64,000 nucleotides of DNA from the human T2T-CHM13v2.0 reference genome, Homo sapiens, in NCBI RefSeq assembly GCF_009914755.1, contig NC_060932.1. The stretch is one strand, 5' to 3'. The notes beneath the pieces were generated by a model, which did no database searches, had not been told where the DNA came from, and saw nothing but the letters and a program-made list of their open reading frames with translations. Both the position numbers and the translations under genes were made by a program. Positions 13,100-26,875 of the stretch are shown piece after piece. The number at the start of each line of letters is the position of its first letter. The first letter of the stretch is position 1.

Positions 13100-13785
13100 G
13101 AATGGCTCCATCATTTTGTCCTGTTCTGGTCCTCCTGTGCTTGACAATTGCCCATAGGTGGTCTCCTTGCCTTCTGTACACGTGGAAAACAATCACTCTT
13201 TTCCACCCTTCCCTCTGGCTGATCTATGTACCCCTGAAAATAGAGCATCCAGACAAAAGGCAAGAATCGGGTGGACTAATCGTAGATGTGTACTGCAGAA
13301 TGGGCTCCTCCAAGTTTCTGGTTCTGGGAACTGTAGTTCTCTTAGTGCAATCCAAGATCACATTGGCACTGTGGTCACATCACAGTAAGGACCCAGTGGA
13401 AATTATGACTGAGTGTCGTCACAAGCAACTCTATCACTCCTCTCTCCAACCCTCCTGTGCAGTGGGTTTAAGGGATGCACAGACCTTATCACTATTCCTG
13501 TCAAAGGTATTACTATATTGCATTCCTTTTATATTACTCTCATGGCAGGCCACATTGATTTAGATCATTTTTCTTTCCATCAATGAATTTGCTGTTCCTC
13601 CCCATTTGATGTGAAGGGTAAAAGAAAAAAAATTCATCACTCTGATTTCAAAGTTCTTGTCTAAGTCATGAATAAAAATCCTAAAAAGGATAATTCTAGA
13701 CACAAAAATCCTAATGACCAAAAGAAGTGTCTCCCACCTGTGAGTCAGATCTACTGACACAGATATAAAGACAGTGCTGATCACA
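13100..13785 (-). mobile_element. CR1/L3 LINE relic (RT region)
   Basis: Minus-strand peptide IFIHDLD...IKWGGTANSL resembles the CR1 RT segment IFINDLD...KFADDTKLGG. Confidence 0.7.
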
Positions 13786-14176
13786 CATTTGATGCTCTCT
13801 TATAATAGTGAATGACATACCAGGACTCTATGGACTCTTGGTTTGGCTCACACTGAGTAAGCAGAGTGTCTTCCGTACATTTCACTTTGGTTAATCAGGT
13901 GTTGGTGTGTGTTTCACATCAGCTGATCATGCCCCATCAGGTTGCATATAAGACTTCATCCGTGGTGGTGTACCCTGCAGGAGCCCTTTGGGGAACTCCG
14001 ATGACACATAAGGATGCCTTGTGCTTCTCATAGCTTCCCATTATCCCTGGTTTCAGAAATTAAAATGGGGTCGTTTGCTTAAGATGGCCATAGTAGGTCC
14101 TTGCATTTATCTTAGTCTCCACCTGGGTGTGATGATTGTATCTGATAAGTAACTTGTGGAATAAGAGTTCAAATTA

Positions 14177-14492
<316 letters not shown>

Positions 14493-15519
14493 TTAATTCC
14501 TAGGCCATGTCTTTATCTAAAATGGGTATCAGCACAGGCGAGGCCTCTCATTGGGATGCATCAACTGATCCATTTTATTTTAATCAGAATCACCATATTA
14601 TCTTCCTTTAATCTTTCCCTATACATTTCTCTAATTAATGATTTACATTTTTTTTGCCTATAGAGTATATTCCCTATTTCCCATATCAAATCTTGCCATT
14701 ATTAGATTCCTCTGAGTGCTTTAATGGATGTGAATTTTACTAGTTTGTATGCTTTCGTTTTATTTCTAATTGGTCAAATCGGTGTTATATTTTTTCTAGT
14801 AATTTGGGAGGCAGAAACTTAAACCTCAGACCCGTAAGTCATGATTCAGAAGACACTGAACTTGCTAATGATTGACTGCCCGGGGTGTGGAGGGTGAAGG
14901 AGGCCTTTGCCTGCTACGGAAGCTGCACGGACCACAGCCCTAGTGCACATGATGTCGAGCTCTCTGTGTGCCTTCGAGGAAGGTGTCCAAGGGGCAGTGC
15001 ACACACTGACTCTTGGACGCCACAGAGTTGATGAAATGAGAACTAAGATGAGTCATGTTGAATCCAAGACTTGTGCAATTTATAAAACAGAGAAGTGGAC
15101 AGGCAAGCTAAGAGCAGGAGTTTAGAACACCACTGACTAAGCACCTGAAGCCCACCTGTGCTGCTCTGGCGGTCGCTGGTTGTTGGCACTGATGTCTCTG
15201 CCTTGCCTGATGATTAAGAAAACACCTCACTTTTTGCTTCAGGTAGAAATATTTGCACCACACACTAAAACCTACTGCATTTAACTCCATATCTTTTTAT
15301 AAAAATTATATATGTAAAAAAAATTTAGAAATAAATGAGACACAGACTTTTTGTTATAAAACTTATAGCGTGCTTATTTTTTCTATCTCATTTTGAGGCA
15401 TTTGTTATCTTTCTTTTTAAGCATTTCTAGTCATTGTAAGTTACTTAAACTATATATCTTAATTTGTTAGTGGCCACTTGGAATGTGTGCAAACTACACC
15501 ATTAAAAACTTATTGGAGA

Positions 15520-16380
<861 letters not shown>

Positions 16381-16965
16381 TTAATAAATTAACTAAAATA
16401 ACACTAATAAAGACTCTAAACATTTAATGTTGCAACATTAATGACAGTGTAAATCACTGTGAAGCTGGAGAGATTATTGACAACACTAAGCATTGTATTC
16501 AATGTAAAAATAAGTCTTGGGATTAAACGGAATTGAGCTCAGTAGAACTTACGATTGTAAATATTTTTTTTCTTCTAAATCATCCTCTTTTATCCAGTTT
16601 GTACAACTTTCACAATTTATACCTTCTTTTATTCAGGCATCACAGCTGCAGGAAATCTGTTAAGGGACTGTGGAACCATATTTGTGTCCCAGTTGAAAAG
16701 CGACAACATCCCCTTTTGATTCATGCCTCTCTGTTGTGGAACTAGTTTCTAGATGTGGTATTTCATAATCATTCTAATCTAGACTCTATGAATTGATCTT
16801 TCCTCTTAATGAGTTTGTTCAAGAGCAAAGGAAAAATATTGGTTACTGTTCTTTCCTGTAGACATGGCCTTTGCTCCTAGCAGAGGTGGCTACAAAATTC
16901 ACAGCTGCACCTGGATCCCATCCTTTCATACTCCACACTTTTGAATATCTCTATCTTGTCTTATA

Positions 16966-17101
16966 TAGATGTTCCTCAACTTACAATGGGGTTACATCCT
17001 TATAAAACCATCATAATTTGAAAATGCATTCAACACCCTGATAAACCAATTATAAAGCTAAAAAACTGTGAGTGAAACCGTGGTATATTGGGGACTGTTT
17101 G
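16966..17101. mobile_element. Short TcMar-Tigger MITE (MER47/Tigger5-like)
   Basis: AGATGTTCCTCAACTTACAATGGGGTTACATCC start and GGGGACTGTTTG end, with TA on both sides. Confidence 0.75.
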
Positions 17102-17424
17102 TATTTCTAACCTTTTCTTCTCATTTTTTTGGTCATCAGCCTTTATACATGAGACAATTTACTCAATCTTTGATTTTCTTTGCTTTCAATAAGCAATAAT
17201 TAAATATAATTTTACCACCATCTCTCTCTGGGATCTGTTCCCATCTCTTCATTCCTACAGCAATCTATCTAGTCCCCTCCACCAATTCCCATCCCCACAG
17301 CCCACCCCCAGGGTGCTGCTGATGTGTTGTAGGTCCTACCCCTAATCCATTCTTCACAGAGGAGGTTGAAGAAACTTTTAAAAATGCAAATCTTAAAATA
17401 ATTCTCATGAACTGAAAACTTCCG

Positions 17425-17588
17425 CGGGCTGGGAGCTCCTGTAGTCTCAGCTACAGTTGAGACTGAGGTAGGAGGAAAGCTTTGGCCTAGGAATTTGAGG
17501 TTGCAGTGAACCATGATAGCATCATTGCTTTCCAGCCAGGGTGACAGACAGAGACGGTCTTTAAAAAAGAAAAAGATAAAGAAAAAAA
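17425..17588 (+). mobile_element. Alu right monomer (FRAM/AluJ-like)
   Basis: CCTGTAGTCTCAGCTAC...GAGGTTGCAGTGAACCATGAT...CCAGCCAGGGTGACAGA plus A-rich tail. Confidence 0.85.
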
Positions 17589-17607
17589 CCTGGTGGAACC
17601 CATTGAT

Positions 17608-17900
17608 GAAGTGCAGTGGTGTGATCATAGCTCTTTGCAGCCTCAAACTCCTGGGCTCAAGTGATCCTCCTAGCCCAGCCTCTCAAGTAGCTGGGACTAC
17701 AGGCACATGCTGACATGCCTGGCTAATTGACTTTTTTTTTTTTTTGGTAGAGGTAAGGTCTTGCATTGTTCCCCAGACTAGTCTAAATTCTTGGATTCCA
17801 GTGTTGCCCAGGCTAGTCTAAATTATTGGATTCTAGTGATCCTCCCACCTTAGCCTCTCAAAGCAGTGGGATTATAGCCATGAGCTATGGCTCGTTGCCA
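17608..17900 (-). mobile_element. AluJ, tail missing, with internal 35-bp duplication
   Basis: GTGCAGTGGTGTGATCATAGCTC...CTCCTGGGCTCAAGTGATCCTCC AluJ diagnostics. Confidence 0.88.
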
Positions 17901-18124
17901 ATTTTACCAATAATTGTCTATTTAGCAATTAAAGCAATGTAAAGATTTTGGCTTGTGTCCACACAGGCATCAGCCATTGAGTAATAAAAAACTAAAAGTT
18001 ATGATTTTTTAAAATTATGTGTATTTAAATTTATGATTACTAGTTTTATTTATTTCCCTTCCTTTCTTCCCTTCCCTCTGTTATTTTCCTTCTACTCTGA
18101 AAGAATGAAGATAACACAATTTTA

Positions 18125-18310
18125 TGCACTTTCTCAAACTTTAAGATGCAAAATAATCATTTAGGGAGAACATGTAAAAATACAAATTTTCTTTATCAGT
18201 AGAGAATCTATATTAGCGAGTCTATATTAGCAAGTCTAAATTGAAGCCAGGAATATGACTTTTTATAAGTAAAGCAAATGATTTTGATAGATGATGTCCA
18301 CATACAGAGA
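18125..18310. mobile_element. MER5-like hAT relic
   Basis: TTTCTCAAACTTTAAGATGC...AATCA start and GCCAGGAAT internal motif; very degenerate. Confidence 0.45.
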
Positions 18311-19968
18311 ACCCAAATGCTTCTGGAATTATTTCTTGCATAGCAGGAAATTAAATTAGGATTTTTTGACTAAGGCACAAATGTATGCTATATATGGCAT
18401 ACCAGCAGGAACAAGATGAAAATTTTAAAAAGAAGTAACTGGAAACCATTTACATGACCTTTCATTCCTTATTCACATTGAATTTATGAAAGCAGTCTGC
18501 TTTATAAAATAATTTGTGAAGGGGATGTCTTTGCACAGAGTTGCAGGAGTAAACTGTGAGTTCCTTCACACTCCTGGCCTCACACTCTTGAAGCTGACTA
18601 TGCGTTCCTGCAATTAAGGGACCCAGTGGACAGATGTTTGACTCGCACCCAGGCCATCCAGAAGTTGAGAGAGTGGGTGGCTCCAGCTTTAACAGTAAAA
18701 TTAAAGATGCTTTGGTATTCAACAGTATTCCTAATTTGTCAGAAAGTGTTGCTTGTGGAACAGTGAGATTACAACATAGGGAGATAAGCACTCTTGTGCG
18801 TGCACACACATACACACACACACCAAAAACAGCAATGTAGGCTGAGGTGGGAAACTGCCACCTGAGGAAAATGCATTACGCATGTCATAGCAGCCTAGGG
18901 AGATGTCCTTAGTGAGGACATTTAAGAACCAACAGAAAATCAAGAAGCTTTAAACATCTCTCTGGTTTAGGGAAAAATAAATCATCTATGATAACACTAA
19001 TCACATAAAACTTTATTATCATTCTGACATCTCTCTGAATAGTCACCTTTATGTAATACTAAAAAAAATTTCTGAAAAACTACAAGTTGCAAAGAAGAGA
19101 AGGGCCATATCCCCCTCTTTTTCGCCAGGGGTTAAACTCACAGAAGTCCCTAGTTATGGAAGAAAGAAGATACAATTTTAAGCAAGTTAAATGCTTTGAA
19201 TGTAACATAAGTCAGACATATTTTACCAGTAAGTTAAGAATGTGTTTCTAAGTTGCCATCACATTTTTTAACCAAGAATTATCAGATAAGTAAGGGGACG
19301 ACCAACCTTTTTACCTAAGAGCAGGAGAGAAATTTACATTTTAGAGGGAATCACAAGACCTGCTTGTAAGAATCCTGAGTGTCTTTTAAATTTCTTTCTT
19401 TTGGGCCAAAATTAAACCAGATTTCAAAAGCACATTAAAATAACATAGTTGTGATATTAATGTCTTCTAATGGTGAAATTAGCTTAAAAATGGCTTTTCA
19501 TTTGATCATTCTCTACTGGGGCATATGAGGGTCACCATTACTTTGAACATGATATTTTGTGTCCTTACTTCAGGAGGTGTGGCATGGAGCCTAGAACCTG
19601 GACTTCTTAATCGCTCTGTAAAATAATCTGGAATAAACTCTGCAAGAGAACTATAGGTTCATATAAAGGTCTAAAGCTATAGCCTTGGAATTTCTTCTTG
19701 TTTTCTCATAAAATAACATCTATAAACTGCTGTATATAAAATTTGTAACAGAATTACCACATTGTTTCATCATATTTGCCATTGAAAACTTTTGATCTCA
19801 CAAGGACAGAAAAATGTATTGATTCTTCAAGAACTTCCAGATATAAGGACTTAAGAGATGATTTTATGGTTATAAGGAAATTTTCAATTTGTTCAGCGAA
19901 TTAAAATAGATGATATTTGCGAACCATTTAAAATAGTGTCTAAAATATAGGAAGGACTCTGTTTGTTT

Positions 19969-19997
19969 AGATAGATAGATGATAGCTAGATAGATAA
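19969..19997. repeat. Imperfect (GATA)n
   Basis: AGATAGATAGATGATAGCTAGATAGATAA seen directly. Confidence 0.85.
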
Positions 19998-20084
19998 AGA
20001 GATTGAGACAGACTGAGAGAGCAAGTCTACATGATGTAGAGCCTTTTCCTATGGCAGTGGTGAGAAACAGCTCCCAGTGTTAGG

Positions 20085-20660
20085 AGACAGTAGGGTGCAG
20101 GGCCAGAGCACATGTGCTGGAAGTCAGAAAACGTGGGTTGACATCCGAGCCCAGTCCCTTAACTCGCTTGGTGTATTAGGCTGTTCTTTGCCTTACTATA
20201 AAGAAATACTTGTGGCTGGGTAATATATATAAAGAAAGGAGGTTTAATTGGCTCATTTTTTCTGCAGGTTGTACAAGCATGGCTCCAGCATCTGCTTCTA
20301 GTGAGAGCCTCAGGAAACTTACAATCATGGCAGAAAGTAGAGCATGAGCAGGCACATCACGTGCTCAGAGTAGCAGCAAGAGCCAGAAGGAAAGATGCAA
20401 CACATTTTTAAACAACCAATCTCATGAAGACTTAGACATTATTGTGAGGACAGCTAAGCCATTAATGACAATTTCACCCCCATGATCCAATCACCTCCCA
20501 CCAGACCGCATCTCCAACATTGGAGATTACAATTCAACATAAGATTTAGGGGGGACAACATCTAAACTTTATTACTTAGGATTTACTTCTTTTGGGGAGG
20601 GGGTCCTCAGTTTCTTCATTTCTAAATCAGAGATAATAAAAACTATCAAAAATATGTGTT
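20085..20660 (+). mobile_element. MIR split by an MST LTR
   Basis: AAGTCAGAAAACGTGGGTTGA on the left and CCTCAGTTTCTTCATTTCTAAA on the right. Confidence 0.65.
20172..20574 (-). mobile_element. MaLR solo LTR, MSTA/MSTB-like
   Basis: TGTATTAGGCTGTTCTT...GGTTTAATTGGCTCA...CTTACAATCATGGCAGAA...CCCATGATCCAATCACCTCCCACCAG; TSD CTTGG/CTTAG. Confidence 0.92.
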
Positions 20661-20936
20661 GTTGTAATCAAAATAGTAAACCAACATACCCCACAAAAAT
20701 GATTACATATAGTAAGACAAATAGTGGGTAATTTTCTAACTTTCAAACTCTTCTAGCACCAGATCCTATGGATATGTGATTCTGTTAGGATAAAAGAGAC
20801 ACAAAGATGTAGTGTAGTCAGCCCATCTGGGTTCTGATTTTAGTTCTGTTGAGAACAATTTGTAAGACATTGTTCAGTTGTACTGGCCACCAAAGCTCTA
20901 AGAACTTCCTAGCTGTGTGAAGAAGCTCAACGAGAT

Positions 20937-21269
20937 CAGGGGTTAGCAAATTTTTCTTTAAATGGCCAAAGAGTAGAGTTCAGGCTTTGAAGAGCCACAG
21001 GGTGTGTGTAGCAAATACTCAACTCCATGATTTTAGTGAGGAAGCAGTCTTAGACAATACATAAACAAATTATCTTGTGCTTGTGATCTAATAAAATTGT
21101 ATTTATGGGCACTGAAATTTGAGTTTCACATTTCAACTTGTCATTAAATAATATCCGTCTTTCGACATTTTTCAACCTTTAAATATGTAAAGGTCATTCT
21201 TAGCTACAGGCCATAAGTAATAGGTGACAGACTAGATTTGGTGCCAGGACTGGAGTTTTCTGATCTCCA
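20937..21269. mobile_element. MER58B-like hAT element
   Basis: CAGGGGTTAGCAAA start, AATACTCAACTC, TATTTATGGGCACTGAAATTTGAGTTTCA. Confidence 0.8.
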
Positions 21270-22089
21270 AACTAGATTGTTTCCAAGAGCTAGCATACTC
21301 TCAAAACCTTGATTCTGTTGTTGTAATTGGTGTTCTTTGATCTATTTTCTCATTCTCATCCCCACACTCCCATTTCTGCATATCTACTTGGTATTCTTTC
21401 TGAAAATTACCTCATGGTTGCAAGCTCATAATTTGTAAAGGGCTGTTATCAAGAAAGATAACATATTATTTTAAATATTTAAATGTTTAACTCACTATCA
21501 TTCATCAAATGGTAAGTTAATTCTACTCTTTTTTAAATATTCTGAAATCAAGAATCATAACCACCCCATTCTAGCGTGAATTTATATTACCAAGACTTGG
21601 GCCAAGAGTAATCATTCATTAACCTGAATTCAATTAAATGAACCTAAAACAAAGGAGTTCATAGAAAAAACAAAGAGAATCCCAGCATTTCTCTGTTATT
21701 TGTATGTGTTTGTTTATTTAAACAAAAGAAGTGATTTTCCTCTGCCACAAATGCTGACTGTTCAATTTTTGCATCTTGTCAAATTTTCCCAAGTATCTGA
21801 TTTTTTGATATGTTATGTCTTAGCCTCCTTTACTTTTACCTACTAGAAGTTGATGTTTCTTCATAACCAAATTATTAGCCTTTATACAAATAAGTTTTTG
21901 CATTATTTACAAATATTAGTTTTGTTCCAGTTACACTTTACTGTTCCAAAGATATTTAAAATGTCATTTATGTTATTAAGTTAGTTTCTTTGAGTTTTCT
22001 ACATTCCAAAATTCTTACTCTCCTTTTCATTTTTAGGAGTATTAAATTTTCTTAGAATATACGGTGAAGGTCTAAAAGAAATTTATTTT

Positions 22090-22348
22090 TAAATTCCAGC
22101 ACTTTGGGAGGCTGAGTAGGGCAGATCACTTGAGCTCAGGAGACCAACCTGGACAACATGGTAAAACCCCATGTCTACAAAAAACACAAATGTTAGCCAG
22201 GTATGGTGGTGCATGCCTGTGGTCTCAGCTGCTTGGGAGGCTGAGGTGAAAGGAATGCTTGAGCCCAGGCAGTCAATGCTGCAGTGAGCCATGATGGTGC
22301 CACCATGCTCTAGCCTTGGTGACACAGAGATGCTGCCAAAAAAAAAAA
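22090..22348 (+). mobile_element. AluJ, 5'-truncated
   Basis: CACTTGAGCTCAGGAG, GCTTGAGCCCAGG and GCTGCAGTGAGCCATGAT; A tail. Confidence 0.9.
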
Positions 22349-22732
22349 ATTTTAGTTCAACATACAATCAATCATTAATATTATCATTTACCTATATGCA
22401 GACCTACTTAAAATTTATAAACTTATATTTTTTCATATAAAAGAAGGCTCTATGTAAAATGTGAGAGATAAAAGTTAGATCCAAGGAAGGACTCAAAATT
22501 AAGAGATACTAGGTAATCATAAAAAGCTATTTTAATTACATGAACAGAATACATTCATGACCAGAATGTTTCATGGAACAAATTGATGGGGGAAATAGTT
22601 GCCATTTTAGAAAACTTTCTAGTTGTAAGACTTAAACAAAATAACTGTCATTAAGTAAGTATATGTAATAGGATAAACATAAAATGTCCTCCCAGTCACC
22701 TTCTGCAAAGTAAGGTGAAGGGAAAGCTTATC

Positions 22733-23050
22733 CTGTGTTTCTCAAACTTGACTGTCATAACAACCTGGGGGTGTCACATGCTAAGTTAAATATTCTCCAT
22801 GCCTTAGAGATTCTAGATGAAGATGCGCCAAAGAATCTGTATTTTACCAAGTTGCTAAGATGATTTTTGAAAATTATGCAAATTTGGTGAATCCTGAGTT
22901 AGTGGTTAAGACTTAAGGATCAAAATTTTAAGTTTTTTCTGCTTTAAAATTCGATAATCATACTAATTTCAAGGTATTTTTCAGAGTATTAAATGAGAGG
23001 GCATATGGAATGGACTTATTTGAGAACCTGGCACAAATAAAACAATTAAT
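22733..23050. mobile_element. MER5-like relic followed by a MIR relic
   Basis: CTGTGTTTCTCAAACTTG...AAGAATCTGTATTTT, then GTATTAAATGAGA...CCTGGCACA. Confidence 0.45.
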
Positions 23051-26000
23051 AAATCATCCTTGCAGGTGTAATACATTGTAAATACATTTTTTGTGTTGGC
23101 ATCCATGAAAAAAAATAAAGTAATTTAAATTTATTTATCAGATTAAATAACTTCCTTTAAACAATCAGGCAAATTTATTAAATCTTCTGAATTTTAGTTT
23201 ATCCTCCTCAAAAATAAGGGGTTAAAGTGGGTTTTAAAAATATTGGGATTGAGGGAAATTTGAATTCTTGAAGATAAACCAAGAGAAAAAAAGAGAAAGA
23301 AAAAAATAAAGTCATGCCCAGCATTCACAGTAAAATAGTTGTATATATGAAATAAGAAATCTGACAACTTGTCTTTACATTTACTGCTGCTAGCCCTGAA
23401 AAATGGCAGAGTGTGGGGTGAATGCATGATCCTCATGTGCAGCATTACCTGCACCTCCAAATGTGCTCCTTCACTTTAGTATTATCTCTTTGTTTTCTTT
23501 CCATCTTTTACAATAGTCATTAACTTAAATACTTTGATTTTTAATTACATTCTTTCATTTTCAGCACTATATTTATCAAAACATAGAAAAGGTGTCAGCT
23601 CCTAATGAACAAAACAAATATTAAATGAAGGTGAGAAAACTCTAGTTTTTTCACTTAATTTATTAGTTCTGTTTTGTAGAATGTCGCTCATATTTTTTAA
23701 TACTAATTAGTAAATTATGGCAATATCATAAACCTATTTTTTATGTGTTTGACCTTATCATTAATATTTTGGCTGATTTCTTAATATTTTACCTCTGACC
23801 TGAAATTAGTTTAGCATTGATGTGAATAATGGCAGTTGCCAAGTAAGTTTTGCCTAATAGGACTGGGGTTTGGTTTTTAATTTTGTAATTCTTTACATTG
23901 AAATTTGCTACCTAATTTTAACAGTATGTCATTTACGATTGATGCAGGCAAGAACTCTGTTATATTAATAAATAGTGCATCAATATTCTAAACCACTCAA
24001 AAAAGTTAAAAAAACTATAATTGGTTGCTGAGAGAATTAAAAATAAAATTATATAAAATGCTCAATTAAAGCTAAAGAAGGCAGGATAGAGTGAAAACAA
24101 AAAAAAAGAAAAATGGAAAAGAGCCATGAATTGTAAAGATTAGCAAATACGCTATACATTAAGTCAACTATGTCAATAATCACTTTAATTTAAAATGTTC
24201 TAAATACGTCATTTAAAAGACAGGCTAACAGAATGCGCAAGGAAACAAGATCCAACTGCATTATCTACAAGAAACTTACCTTAAATATAAAGAAACAGAT
24301 AGACAACTTGTAAATATATAGAGAAATATATGCCATGTTAACACTAACCAAAAGAAAGCTAAAGTAGCTAAATTATATCAAAGAGGTCATTATATATAAA
24401 GGAGGTCATTATTATATTTATGCATGGATTGATTCATCAGAAGTCATAATAGTCATTAACATGTTTGCACTTAAAAACAGACGATCTTTATTTGTGAGAG
24501 GAAAAGCTGACAGAATTGTTAGGATAACTGGATGAATTAACCATTATATTTGAGCACTCATCTCCCCTCCATCAGAAACAGATAGATCCAGCAGGTAGAA
24601 AATGAGTGCATAGTGGAACTAAGCAGCACCTCAATCAACTAAATCTAGTTGGCACATATAGAATACTTTATCCAACAATGGCAGAATCCACAATAGACTA
24701 CATTCGGGGCCATAAAGTACATCTTAACAAATTTAAAATAATAGAAACATACAAAGTATAATTTTAGACCATAGTGGGATTAAAATAGAAATCAATAATA
24801 GAAAGATAGCTGGAAAACTCTAAAATGCTTACAGGTTAATCAACTTTTCAATAACACATGGATCAAAGGAGAAGTCTCAGGAGAAATTTAAAAATATTTT
24901 GAATGAAATGAAAATGAGAATACTATAATACATGTCAAAATTCGTGGAATTCAGCAAAAGCAATGTTTAGAGGAAAATTTATAGCACAGAATGTATATAT
25001 TATAAAATAAATATTGAAATCAACAATCTAATCTTTCACCTTAGGAAACGAGAAAAATAAGAGTAAAGAAAATCCCAAATAAACAGAAGAAAAAATAATA
25101 AAGTTAAAGCAGAAATCAATAAAATTAAATACAGGAAATCAACAGAATCAGTGAAAGCAAAGGCTGGCTCTTTGAAAAAAAATCAATAAAATCAAAACAC
25201 CCTTAGCGAGTTAATTATGTAAAAAAGAGAGAAGACACAAATTATTAATATCAGAAATGAAAGAGAGGCCATCATTATTGATCTCATGGACATTCATAGA
25301 GTAGTAAGGGAATATTATGAACAAGCCTGTGCTTACAAATTTGATAACCTAGACAAAATGGACCATCTTCTTGAAAGACATGATCTGCCAAAACTCATAC
25401 AAGCAGAAACAGAGAACCTGAATAGGTTCTATATCTATTAATGAAATTTAATCAATAATTAATAACCTTCCAAAACAAAAAGCACCAGGCTAGATGTGTT
25501 TACTTGTGTATTCTTCCCCAAATTCAAGGAGTAAACAGATTGAATTATAAGTAAAAACTTCCCAAATAAAATCCTAAGTACAGATGCTTAATTGATAAAT
25601 ACAACCAACAGCTTATTGAAGAAATAATACAAATTCTTCACAAAATCTTTGAAAATACAAGAGGAGGGAGCACATAAAAACTCATTCTATGAGGACAATA
25701 TTACCTTGCTATAAAAACCAGGCAAATATATCACATGAAAAGAAAACTACAGGTCAACATCCCATATCAATGTAAACACACAAATCTTCAAAGTAATACA
25801 AGGAATCCAGAAACTTATTTATCCCAGTATTGTAAATTGTATTTATCCAGGAGTGTAATATTGGAAAATAAATTAATTTAATTTTCCATATTAATAGAAA
25901 AAATAAACCTTAATATAAGCATAAATTATAGCTGATGAAATCCAACCCCTTTCATGATAAAAATACCCAACAAACTAAAAGTAGAAGAGAAATTCTTCAA

Positions 26001-26242
26001 CTTGATAAAAGGCATCTATGAAAAATCCACATCTAATTCATCCTTATTGGTGAAAGATTGAATACTTTCCCCCTAAGACTGGGAACAAGACAAGGATATG
26101 TGCTCTTGCCACTTATATTAAACATTGTAATAGAAGGTCTAGCCAGGTTAGTACGGCAAGAAAAAGAAATAAAACATACTTATTTTGGAAAGTAAAAAAT
26201 AAAATTACACCAGAGGACATTATCTTTAGATAGAAAATCTTG

Positions 26243-26243
<1 letters not shown>

Positions 26244-26270
<27 letters not shown>
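26244..26270. repeat. (CA)n microsatellite
   Basis: Pure CA run within the L1. Confidence 0.95.
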
Positions 26271-26275
<5 letters not shown>

Positions 26276-26465
26276 AACAAGAAGAAAACATTTAAATTAA
26301 AAACGTAGCAAGATAACAGCATATAAGATCGAAGTTTAAATATAAATTGTATTTTGTACACTAGCAATATGCAATCCAAATAAAATTGAGAACTGTTCCA
26401 TTGACAGCAGCATAAAAATAATAAAATGCTTATGAATAAATTTAATGAAAAAGTGCAAACATGTA

Positions 26466-26875
26466 TGCATTGTTTCCTAGGGCTGCCATATTAAAGTGCC
26501 ACAAATGAGGTGGCTTAAAATAACCAAAATTTATTGTCTCACAGTTGTGTAAGTTTGAAGTCTGAAATGAAGTTGTCAAGAGAGCCATGCTCTGAAACAC
26601 ATACAAAGATCCTTCCTTACCTCTTCCTAGCTGTCAGTGGTTTCCCAGCAATCTTCAGCATTCCTCGGCTTATAGCTACGTAACTCCATCCTCTGCCGTT
26701 CTGCCACCCAGTATTCTTGTGTGCCTCTGTCTTCACATGGCTGTCTTCCTATAGAAACACCAGTCATATTGGACTAGGAAGTGACCCTACCTTTAAATAT
26801 GTTCACATTCAGAAGTACTAGAGATTAGGACTTCAACCTACTTTTTTGGGGGCAGACATAATCCAAACCATAACA
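26466..26875 (-). mobile_element. MaLR solo LTR, MLT1C-like, nested in L1
   Basis: TTTCCTAGGGCTGCCATA...GGTGGCTTAAAATAAC...TTTATTGTCTCACAGTT...TTAGGACTTCAAC...CCATAACA. Confidence 0.85.

Noticed and set aside
13102-13563. 153-aa ATG ORF with a hydrophobic start
   Set aside because: Antisense to a CR1/L3 relic, with no recognisable homology.
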